From Paraphysomonas bandaiensis (Eukaryota; Protista; Chrysophyceae), in NCBI GenBank assembly GCA_965644295.1, contig CBFFRP010000616.1, positions 128,859 to 192,858 of the forward strand: DNA of 64,000 nucleotides, given 5' to 3'. Every line of letters starts with the position of its first letter. Position 1 is the first letter of the stretch. This document shows, piece after piece, positions 37,701-49,700 of this stretch. The position numbers and the translations under genes were made by a program. Under the pieces are notes generated by a model. That model was not told the DNA's origin. It saw only the letters and a program-made list of their open reading frames with translations, and did not search any database.

Positions 37701-40700
37701 GATTAAGTGGTGGTGCCGTGTCAATAACTGGTGGATATGGCTCAACCCATAGCGGGGGGGATGCTTTACTCTCATCAGGCTTATCGCTGTCGGGTTCAGG
37801 TGGAAATATTGGCATAAGTGGTGGTGCATCGAATGGCTTAGGATATGGTGGAAACGTTGATATATCCAGCGGCTCTAGCGAGGCACGTTCTGGCTCCATT
37901 TCTCTTCGATCGGGTAGCGGCGATGCAGGAAGTTCTGGGGACATCTTTATTTCGACAGGATCATCTATGTCTGGTTCGTCGGGTAGTGTAGTTCTTTCTA
38001 CTGGTGATTCCTCTAATGCAGTTGTTGGTTCCGATATATCCGTTACTGCTGGTTCTGGATCAGAAGGAGGATCGGTATCTGTTCGTGGAGGAACCGGTGC
38101 ATCTGCTGATGGAGGCGAGACTGTGTTATCGGGAGGCGAATCTCGACTTGCATCTGGAGGATCTGTGACTGTACATGGTGGTTCTACTGAATCCTCTATG
38201 AATGGAGGCGACGTCAATTTGGTAGGTGGAACGAGCAGTGGTGGATTGAGTGGTACTGTTGCGGTGCATTCTTCTTCCAGTGGTACATCTGGTAGGGTTG
38301 TAATATCAACAGGCGACTCTTCTTCTGGTTCCTCTGGAGGCATTGCCCTCTCAGTTGGAAATTCTTTATCGGGGTCCGTAGGGTCTGATGTTACCGTCAG
38401 CGCTGGTTCTGGTTCTTCGGGTGGATCTGTGTCTGTTGTTGCGGGCGTTGGACAGTCTGGAGGTGGAGGAGTTGCCTTATTATCAGGTGGTGATGGGACA
38501 ACTGACCCGGGAGGAATGGTTGGAATCCGTGGGGGAGACTCTGATGTACGTGGAGGCGATATAGATATTTCTAGCGGTGATGGGGGGTCAGTGTCGTCCG
38601 GTTCCGTGTTTATTAGTTCTACGGCTTCTCCACATTCTAGTGGGGGTGTTTTTATATCTTCTGGTTCTGTTGGTAGTGGTTCTTCTGGTGATATCTCTCT
38701 GTCTGTTGGCGAATCTCTGTCGGCTGAAGGCTCTGCAGTATCTCTGATTTCGGGACAGGGAAGTTCTGGTGGATATGCGTCAATGACAGCTGGTGCTGGT
38801 AGTATTGGTGCTGGGGGTAGAGCTGTTGTTGCAGGAGGCGATTCCTTAAATGCAAGAGGTGGTGATGCCTTAATTTTTGGTGGGTCTTCTATGTACGCAG
38901 GTAGTGGAGGGCATGTCGAATTAAAGAGCGGGAATAGCGTTTCCGGTGTCAGTGGCGATGTATTCATAAGTAGCCCCTCGGCATTGGAGAGTGGTGGTGT
39001 GAATATTGTTACTGGGGAATCGAGTACTGGAACACCAGGTTCAATTATGCTCTCAGTCGGTGAGTCTTTGTCGTCTGTAGGGTCTTCGTTATCTGCCAGT
39101 GCGGGATCAGGTGTAAGTGGTGGAGTGCTAGCATTTCAAGGTGGGAGAGGGACTGAGTCTGGTGGATATTCATCAATTCTTGGTGGGTTGGCTTTATCAG
39201 GTTCAGGTGGAAATGTTGGCATAAGTGGTGGTGCATCGAATGGCTTAGGATATGGTGGAAACGTTGATATATCCAGCGGCTCTAGCGAGGCACGTTCTGG
39301 CTCCATTTCTCTTCGATCGGGTAGCGGCGATGCAGGAAGTTCTGGGGACATCTTTATTTCGACAGGATCATCTATGTCTGGTTCGTCGGGTAGTGTAGTT
39401 CTTTCTACTGGTGATTCCTCTAATGCAGTTGTTGGTTCCGATATATCCGTTACTGCTGGTTCTGGATCAGAAGGAGGATCGGTATCTGTTCGTGGAGGAA
39501 CCGGTGCATCTGCTGATGGAGGCGAGACTGTGTTATCGGGAGGCGAATCTCGACTTGCATCTGGAGGATCTGTGACTGTACATGGTGGTTCTACTGAATC
39601 CTCTATGAATGGAGGCGACGTCAATTTGGTAGGTGGAACGAGCAGTGGTGGATTGAGTGGTACTGTTGCGGTGCATTCTTCTTCCAGTGGTACATCTGGT
39701 AGGGTTGTAATATCAACAGGCGACTCTTCTTCTGGTTCCTCTGGAGGCATTGCCCTCTCAGTTGGAAATTCTTTATCGGGGTCCGTAGGGTCTGATGTTA
39801 CCGTCAGCGCTGGTTCTGGTTCTTCGGGTGGATCTGTGTCTGTTGTTGCGGGCGTTGGACAGTCTGGAGGTGGAGGAGTTGCCTTATTATCAGGTGGTGA
39901 TGGGACAACTGACCCGGGAGGAATGGTTGGAATCCGTGGGGGAGACTCTGATGTACGTGGAGGCGATATAGATATTTCTAGCGGTGGTGGGCGTTCAACA
40001 GGCGCTAGTGGGTCAGTCCTTATTCGTTCAGAGAGCGTAGGTGATGCTGGTCGTAGTGGTTCTATTAAATTACTCTCTGGTTCGTCGTTTTACCAAGCTG
40101 GTGGAATCGAGTTGAGTGTGGGACAAACGTCGATTGCAGGTGTTGCAGGTGATATCAATCTACTATCTGGTGAGGGTATAGTTGGTGGTCATGTTTCTTT
40201 ACAAGGCGGAGTTGGTGATAAAATTGGCGGAGCTGTGCAAATTCGTGGAGGTAGTTCTCGCTTGGGTGGGGGTGGTGTATCAGTTGAAAGTGGTTCGTCA
40301 GAAACAGGTCCTAGTGGAGGTGTTAGTGTGGTGTCTGCGAGCTCAACTGGTAACACAGGTGTTATGGAAATAGGATCTGGTAACTCTGGCAATGGGGATA
40401 GTGGGAGTGTTTTCATGTACAGTGGAGAAGCAAGTGATGGTTCTGGCGGTGTTTTAGATATACGCGGTGGTCGTGGCAGCAGTTTTGGAGGTCACGTAAT
40501 AGTTTCTGCGGGGTATGGAGCGAAGGGTGGTGACATGTCTGTCAGTAGTGGTTCTGGTGACACTGTTAGTGGCCAGTTGTTGTTATCCAGTGGCGATAGC
40601 TATCAAGATGTTGGATCGACTGGGAATGTTGTGATTTTAACTGGTGCGTCTGGTGGTGCTAGTGGTGATATATTGGCAATGACGGGTTCTTCTGAAGGGG

Positions 40701-43700
40701 ACTCTGGCTCTGTAGAGTTGGGAACTGGAGATAGCAAATCTGGTAGAGCTGGAGATAGTAGTATCGTAGCAGGATCAACTTTATCGTCTTCAGGTGCTGA
40801 AGTTAGCATTGTAGGTGGTACTTCGGAAGGCAGTGTAGGGGGTGGAGTGTCAGTAGTATCTGGTTTTGGTCCACGTAGTGGCAATGTCATTGTGAAGAGT
40901 AGCGGTGGTACCGTTTCATCTGGCGATGCTATTGTGGCATCTGGAGATGTAAGTGGAAGCGGATCTAGGTCTGGTGATGTTACGATATCTGCTGGAGTTG
41001 GTATGCATTTATTGGGTAGTAGAATACATTTGAGTGGCGTGGATTCAACTGGTAGCAGTATTACTATGGAGAGTGGTTATGGTATAGGACGTAGTGGAAA
41101 TATTTCTATTTCAACTGCTCTCGTAGATTTTGCATCTGGTGTTGTTGATATTGCATCCGGTAACTCGGTTGTTGAATCCTCTGGCGAAGTTTTTCTGCGC
41201 TCTGGATATGGTGAAGAGTCATCAGGTAGTGTCATTGTGCAGACCGGGGAATCTGGTAATGTCGGTGGTACGGTTGAGGTATCTAGCGGTGATGGATTAA
41301 TTGGAGGTCGTGTTGCTTTTAGTTCAGGAAATTCCAAAAGTGGAAACGGAGGTTCCATAGACTTAATTAGCGGGATGAGCATCAACTCTGATCGAAGTGG
41401 TGGTGAAATTTCAATTTCTAGCTCATCTTCTACTGCATCAACAGGTCCAATACGTATATCTAGCGGACTCTCGACATATTCATCGGGACCTGTGTCCCTA
41501 ACGACAGGCGACAGTTCGGATTCAACTGCAGGTTCTGTGCATGTAAATGCTGGATCCAGTGGTGCTGATATTGGTTCTGATGTGGCAATCGTTGCTGGTA
41601 GTAGTTCTGGGGCTGGTGGTACTGTTTCATTGAGTGCTGGTTCTGGTGCAGCTGGTGGTGACTTAATTATTCGAAGTGGGATGGGATCAGATAAGTCTGG
41701 TGGCTCTGTGTTGATTAGTGCTGCAGATTCCAGTGGGAGTGAGTCATCTGGTGGAGAAGTATCACTAGTTGCGGGTCATTCGGTTGGTGGTGAAGGTGGT
41801 GATGCCTTGTTATCTGGCGGGTCTTCAGAGAGTGGACCTGGTGGAAATGTTGAACTGATAAGTGGTGCAAGCGATTCTGATGTGTCTGGCTCTGTTTTGG
41901 TATCATCTCATTCTGGTGATGTTGGATCTGGAGACGTGACTGTTTTATCAGGATCTTCACATACTGGAATGAGTGGATCCGTAGTGGTGTCATCTGGTGC
42001 TTCTGCCACTGGTAGTTCTGGAGATATTGTTCTTTCTGTTGGTACCGGTGGAGGAACCGATAGTGTTAGAGCTGGTGCAGTAACTGTTTCAAGTGGTTCT
42101 GGCAATATAGGTGGAGATGTATCGATATCAGCTGGTATTGGTTCTGTTGGGTCAGGTGGATCTGTGAGTATTTCATCGGAATCTAGCTCATCAATGGCTT
42201 CGACTGGTGGTGATATTGACATTAACAGTTCATCGTCGTTAGGATCATCTGGTAAGGTTTCGATGTCTAGTGGTTCATCGGAAATATCACCCTCTGGTTC
42301 GGTGTTGATATCGACAGGCGACAGTTCGGATTCAACTGCAGGTTCTGTGCATGTAAATGCTGGATCCAGTGGTGCTGATATTGGTTCTGATGTGGCAATC
42401 GTTGCTGGTAGTAGTTCTGGGACTGGTGGTACTGTTTCATTGAGTGCTGGTTCTGGTGCAGCTGGTGGTGACGTAACTATTCGAAGTGGGATGGGATCAG
42501 ATAAGTCTGGTGGCTCTGTGTTGATTAGTGCTGCAGATTCCAGTGGGAGTGAGTCATCTGGTGGAGAAGTATCACTAGTTGCGGGTCATTCGGTTGGTGG
42601 TGAAGGTGGTGATGCCTTGTTATCTGGCGGGTCTTCAGAGAGTGGACCTGGTGGAAATGTTGAACTGATAAGTGGTGCAAGCGATTCTGATGTGTCTGGC
42701 TCTGTTTTGGTATCATCTCATTCTGGTGATGTTGGATCTGGAGACGTGACTGTTTTATCAGGATCTTCACATACTGGAATGAGTGGATCCGTAGTGGTGT
42801 CATCTGGTGCTTCTGCCACTGGTAGTTCTGGAGATATTGTTCTTTCTGTTGGTACCGGTGGAGGAACCGATAGTGTTAGAGCTGGTGCAGTAACTGTTTC
42901 AAGTGGTTCTGGCAATGTAGGTGGAGACGTATCGATATCAGCTGGTATTGGTTCTGTTGGGTCAGGTGGATCTGTGAGTATTTCATCGGAATCTAGCTCA
43001 TCAATGGCTTCGACTGGTGGTGATATTGACATTAACAGTTCATCGTCGTTAGGATCATCTGGTAAGGTTTCGATGTCTAGTGGTTCATCGGAAATATCAC
43101 CCTCTGGTTCGGTGTTGATATCGACAGGCGACAGTTCGGATTCAGCTGCAGGTTCTGTGCATGTAAATGCTGGATCCAGTGGTGCTGATATTGGTTCTGA
43201 TGTGGCAATCGTTGCTGGTAGTAGTTCTGGGACTGGTGGTACTGTTTCATTGAGTGCTGGTTCTGGTGCAGCTGGTGGTGACGTAACTATTCGAAGTGGG
43301 ATGGGATCAGATAAGTCTGGTGGCTCTGTGTTGATTAGTGCTGCAGATTCCAGTGGGAGTGAGTCATCTGGTGGAGAAGTATCACTAGTTGCGGGTCATT
43401 CGGTTGGTGGTGAAGGTGGTGATGCCTTGTTATCTGGCGGGTCTTCGGAGGTTGGGCGATCTGGTGGGGTCAGAGTTTCTGGTGGTACGAGTTCATTTGA
43501 GTCTGGGTCTCTACTCTTTTCCTCTTCGATGTCTTCTCAGAAGTCTGGTGATGTTGCTCTTGTAACTGGTTTGTCTCGCACTAGTACTAGCGGATCCATT
43601 TTAGTATCTACTGGTGTTTCTAGCGAAGGTGACTCTGGTGACATTGCACTTGTTGTGGGTAGTAGTGTATCTAAAGGTGGTAGTATTACAACAAGCAGTG

Positions 43701-46700
43701 GTTCCGGCAATGTAGGTGGAGATGTATCGATATCAGCTGGTATTGGTTCTGTTGGGTCAGGTGGATCTGTGAGTATTTCATCGGAATCTAGCTCATCAAT
43801 GGCTTCGACTGGTGGTGATATTGACATTAACAGTTCATCGTCGTTAGGATCATCTGGTAAGGTTTCGATGTCTAGTGGTTCATCGGAAATATCACCCTCT
43901 GGTTCGGTGTTGATATCGACAGGCGACAGTTCGGATTCAACTGCAGGTTCTGTGCATGTAAATGCTGGATCCAGTGGTGCTGATATTGGTTCTGATGTGG
44001 CAATCGTTGCTGGTAGTAGTTCTGGGACTGGTGGTACTGTTTCATTGAGTGCTGGTTCTGGTGCAGCTGGTGGTGACTTAATTATTCGAAGTGGGATGGG
44101 ATCAGATAAGTCTGGTGGCTCTGTGTTGATTAGTGCTGCAGATTCCAGTGGGAGTGAGTCATCTGGTGGAGAAGTATCACTAGTTGCGGGTCATTCGGTT
44201 GGTGGTGAAGGTGGTGATGCCTTGTTATCTGGCGGGTCTTCAGAGAGTGGACCTGGTGGAAATGTTGAACTGATAAGTGGTGCAAGCGATTCTGATGTGT
44301 CTGGCTCTGTTTTGGTATCATCTCATTCTGGTGATGTTGGATCTGGAGACGTGACTGTTTTATCAGGATCTTCACATACTGGAATGAGTGGATCCGTAGT
44401 GGTGTCATCTGGTGCTTCTGCCACTGGTAGTTCTGGAGATATTGTTCTTTCTGTTGGTACCGGTGGAGGAACCGATAGTGTTAGAGCTGGTGCAGTAACT
44501 GTTTCAAGTGGTTCTGGCAATGTAGGTGGAGATGTATCGATATCAGCTGGTATTGGTTCTGTTGGGTCAGGTGGATCTGTGAGTATTTCATCGGAATCTA
44601 GCTCATCAATGGCTTCGACTGGTGGTGATATTGACATTAACAGTTCATCGTCGTTAGGATCATCTGGTAAGGTTTCGATGTCTAGTGGTTCGTCGGAAAT
44701 ATCACCCTCTGGTTCGGTGTTGATATCGACAGGCGACAGTTCGGATTCAACTGCAGGTGCACTTCATTTTCGTACGGGAAATGGTCAATTAGGTGGAGGA
44801 ACTATAAGTTTTAGCGCTGGTAGTTCTGGTCTTGGTCAGTTGGGTGGTGATTTCGTTTTCGAAGGTGGGACTGCGTCGTATGGTGGTAATATCACTATGT
44901 CTGGTGGTTTTGCTGATGAATACGTCGGTGGGAGTATTTCATTGACTGGTGGTGGTGGTGTTTCGAGGGGTGGTAATATTGCTATTGCTGCAGGAGGTAA
45001 TGATATGTCGGATGGCGGGGATGCCTTGTTGATCAGTGGTAACGGAGTCACTGCTGGTGACGTGATTTTGATGGGTGGCTACTCGAGTAGTAAATCTGGA
45101 GGCAATGTAATCATAGAAAGTGGTGAAAGTTTTTCGGATGAATCTGGATTTTTAAGAATGCATTCATCTTCTTCTGAGTACCGGAGCGGTGACGTGATTA
45201 TTGAGTCCGGTTCCGTTGCGGAAGGTCGCAGCGGGAACATTCGTTTGAATTCTGGGGCGTCTACTTCTACGTCAACAGGTTCTATTGAACTGTCAACAGG
45301 TGATGGCAATGGAGTAGGGGCTGGTAGTATTGATATTTTTGGAGGTATGGGACGCGTTGGAGGGGGCGTTAGTATTGCGGGAGGTAGAAGTTTATCCGAA
45401 AGCGGGGGTTCAGTACTAATGCTTTCAGGTGAAAGTTCTTCAGTTTCTTATTCCAGTGGTGATGCACATATCGAAACAGCATCATCTTCAGGATCATCTG
45501 GTTCAGTGAAAATTACCAGCGGTGGTGCTAATGTATTGCAAACGGGTTCATTATATCTAGCAAGTGGAGATAGTTCGGGTTCAACTGCAGGTTCTGTGCA
45601 TGTAAATGCTGGATCCAGTGGTGCTGATATTGGTTCTGATGTGGCAATCGTTGCTGGTAGTAGTTCTGGGACTGGTGGTACTGTTTCATTGAGTGCTGGT
45701 TCTGGTGCAGCTGGTGGTGACGTAACTATTCGAAGTGGGATGGGATCAGATAAGTCTGGTGGCTCTGTGTTGATTAGTGCTGCAGATTCCAGTGGGAGTG
45801 AGTCATCTGGTGGAGAAGTATCACTAGTTGCGGGTCATTCGGTTGGTGGTGAAGGTGGTGATGCCTTGTTATCTGGCGGGTCTTCAGAGAGTGGACCTGG
45901 TGGAAATGTTGAACTGATAAGTGGTGCAAGCGATTCTGATGTGTCTGGCTCTGTTTTGGTATCATCTCATTCTGGTGATGTTGGATCTGGAGACGTGACT
46001 GTTTTATCAGGATCTTCACATACTGGAATGAGTGGATCCGTAGTGGTGTCATCTGGTGCTTCTGCCACTGGTAGTTCTGGAGATATTGTTCTTTCTGTTG
46101 GTACCGGTGGAGGAACCGATAGTGTTAGAGCTGGTGCAGTAACTGTTTCAAGTGGTTCTGGCAATGTAGGTGGAGATGTATCGATATCAGCTGGTATTGG
46201 TTCTGTTGGGTCAGGTGGATCTGTGAGTATTTCATCAGAATCTAGCTCATCAATGGCTTCGACTGGTGGTGATATTGACATTAACAGTTCATCGTCGTTA
46301 GGATCATCTGGTAAGGTTTCGATGTCTAGTGGTTCATCGGAAATATCACCCTCTGGTTCGGTGTTGATATCGACAGGCGACAGTTCGGATTCAACTGCAG
46401 GTTCTGTGCATGTAAATGCTGGATCCAGTGGTGCTGATATTGGTTCTGATGTGGCATTCGTTGCTGGTAGTAGTTCTGGGACTGGTGGTACTGTTTCATT
46501 GAGTGCTGGTTCTGGTGCAGCTGGTGGTGATGTTCTTTTAGAAAGTGGTGTTGGTTTGTCCCAGAAGAGTGGTAGTATTATTATTACTGGTGGCTTGTCT
46601 TCTGGTGTTTTTTCTGGCGGGAGTGTTGCTGTTAGTGGAGGGGGTAGCAGTGATGTAGGTGGTGAAGTTTCGTTTAGTGGCGGATCTGGTAAGAGTGGTG

Positions 46701-49700
46701 GGGGTAGTGCTTCCCTTTCTGGCGGCATCGGAGTCGATAGCGTCGGCGGTGCAGTGGTGGTATCCGGAGGATTGTCGGGTGGTGGGACAGGCGGCTCTGT
46801 GGTTCTTATATCAGGTGTCGGTAAAGATTCCAGTGGTGATGTATTGATGGCTTCCTCTTCTTCTGATGTCGGCTCTAGTGGTGCGGTTGTTATTTCAACT
46901 GGCACGTCTGACACGGGGATAGTTGGTAATATTGTTTTGTCGGTTGGCGCTAGCAAAAGCTCTAGCTCTGACGGAAGCGATATACTTCTCTCTGCAGGAG
47001 CTGGGCGAAATGGTGGTGATGTTTCCATTGTTGGTGGTATGGGGGAACATGGGCGTGGTGGTTCTGTTCGTATTATGGGTGGATCCAATGCTGATATATC
47101 TTCGTCAGGTGGTACAAGTGGGGTTGACATTGGGACGTTATCTAGCGACACTTATTCAGGTAGTGTCAGAGTAACCACCGGTGAAGTTTCACGTGGTTCT
47201 TCAGGGGCTGTATCAATTGCATCAGGTGATAGTGATGAAGTCGCTGGAGAGGTCAATATTGCTCCAGGAATCACCGGGCCATACCATGACGGTTCACATT
47301 TGTTAATGTCAGGGGGCAAGACGATTTCTACTCTTCACCGTGGTGGTGATGTCAAGATAAGTTCTGGTGTTAGTGGCTCTACGGGAGGACGTGGTGGTGA
47401 CATCGTAGCTGTAGCTAGTGATGGTGATGCGATTGGTGGCTCTATAATTCTGTCGTCTGGGGCTTCTTCTGGTTTAGGGATGGCTGGGAATGTAGACATA
47501 TCTGCCGGGCAGTCCACTTCCGATTTAGGAGGTGATGTCTTCCTACGTTCGGGCGGATCCCAGGGTCGAAGGGGTGGGGGTGTCCATTTAACTTCATCGG
47601 ACAGTTCTCACTCTGGTGACATATCTCTTATTTCTGGTAATGGTGAATATTCGTCTGGTGAGATCGCATTAGCATCTGGTGAAACAGTAGAAAATTCGGG
47701 ATTTATACACTTCAGTGTTGGAACTTCAACTACCGGGAGTGCAGGAAATATTCAAGTGTCTGGTGGTTATGGCTTTAAGCGTGGGTCTGATGTTAGTTTT
47801 GAAGGGGGTCATTCGGATTTACGTGGAGGAGATATAACTGTTCGTGGCGGACAGGGCTCATATGGAGGGAGCGTTAGCATTGTGTCAGGGTCTAGTGCAT
47901 CTGCCGTATCGGAGAGTGGATCAATTGCTCTGTTGTCCGCTGATTCCACTATAAGCGGTGATATAGTGATGTCTTCTGGTTTTGCTAGTTTGGGAGAATC
48001 TGGTGATGTGAGTATTTTATCGGGTGATTCTGAAATGTCTGAAGCTGGTGAAATTACTATAAAATCTGGAACTGGCTTTAGAGGTGAAAAGGGTGCTAAT
48101 ATTAACATTGACGCTGGTGGTGGTGATGGTAAAGGTGGATCTATAATTATGACAAGTGGCTCCAGTGAGTCTGGTGTCCCTGGCGTTTTTGCGTTGACAA
48201 CTGGTAGCAGTGTTCGTGGAAGTAGTGGTAGTATTCAAATTTCTACTGGGCATACACGTAAACAAGCTTCTGGAAGTATTGAATTATTTACTGGGACGAC
48301 TACAACGGGGTGTGTTGGAAGTATTGTTCTGTCAACACCAGTGTCTCAGTCGACATCTAGCTCTGAGGGTGGTATTACTGCTTTGAGTGGTAGTTATTTG
48401 AAATTACTTACTGCAAATTATGGTAAAGGTGGATTGAGTGGCGAGATACAGCTTAGTACTGGAAAATCAAGTCGTGGCGACACTGGTGCTCTTATGATGA
48501 GTACGGGATCGTCTGTATCTGGAGCTGGCGGATCCATTGCCATGAATGTCGGAAGTGGTAATTCAGGTGATGGTGGTAATGTTATGGTGGCTGCAGGTGA
48601 TACATTCGCATGGAGTGGGGCCGGTGGCAATGTTTCTGTATCCGCTGGTCATGGTTTTGGTTCTACTGATTCGCTTGGTGGCCATGTGTCTATCAGCGGT
48701 GGTTCTGCGGCGACTTTTACTGGAGGTTCTGTATCTGTGACCTCTGGATCCGGTAAAACTGCTAGTGGTCTTGTTTCTATTCGTTCTGCGGATGGGATGA
48801 GCTCTAACAGTGGTCTTGTTCGTGTGCATTCTGGGAGTTCTACAAGTGGTGCTTCTGGGACATTGGAACTGAGTACCGGTACTTCGTTTGAGTCAGCGGG
48901 GTCTATTATTTTATCTGTAGGCTCGTCGAAGCGTCGTGACGGCGGAGATGTTGCTATATCAGCTGGAGCCTCTTTTGCTTCGAAATCAAGTGGTGGTAAT
49001 ATTCGTATTGATGCTGGGAATGCCGAAGGTTTTTATGGTGTTGGGGGAACTGTATCTCTTCATGGAGGCTCTGCTCTCTCAGGCAGAGGTGGCGACTTGA
49101 ATTTGACATCTGGCGAAAGTTTTGATAGTTCTAGCGGCAGTATGTTTCTGCGTACCTCCAATGCGGGGCCTGCTGGAAGCAGTGGTATTATTGAGTTGAC
49201 AACTGGAACAGCAAGGGTAGGTAATACTGGGTGGGTGAAAATTTCCACTGGAGAGGCTCTAAGTTCTGGTAAAGGAGGGTCAATTGATATAAATGTCGGT
49301 ACTGGTTCTAGTGGTTCGGGGGGCAGTATATCGATTCTTGCTGGTGAAAGTAGCCATTTCTCCGGTGGTAGTGTGACAGTTAAATCAGGATTTGGTTCAA
49401 CGACTAGTAGTGGAGACGTCACTATAAAGTCCGCGAATGCTGGAAGTTTTGGATCTAGTGGGAAAATAGATTTGATGACTGGAACAACCTCCTATGGGAA
49501 CAGTGGTACTATTCATATTCATTCTGGAAGTTCTCTGTCCGGACAGGGTGGAAGTATTGAAATCCATGTTGGCTCTGGTACTAGCGGTGCCGGAGGCTAT
49601 GTATTTATAGATGCTGGAAAGACGACGCATAATAAATATGGTGGTGATGTAGACATTAATACGGGTTACAGTCATCAGACTAGTAGTGGCTCCTTCACAG

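Noticed and set aside
48473-48481. RGD tripeptide (SRGDTG)
   Set aside because: It is a variant of the array motif SRGNSG and is expected by chance in a Gly-rich chain of 21,000 residues.
2688-48740. Short + strand Val/Leu-rich ORFs that look like membrane proteins
   Set aside because: All are in frame +3, the off-frame reading of GGT-GGT and TCT-GGT runs (GTG, CTG). Their hydrophobicity is a by-product.
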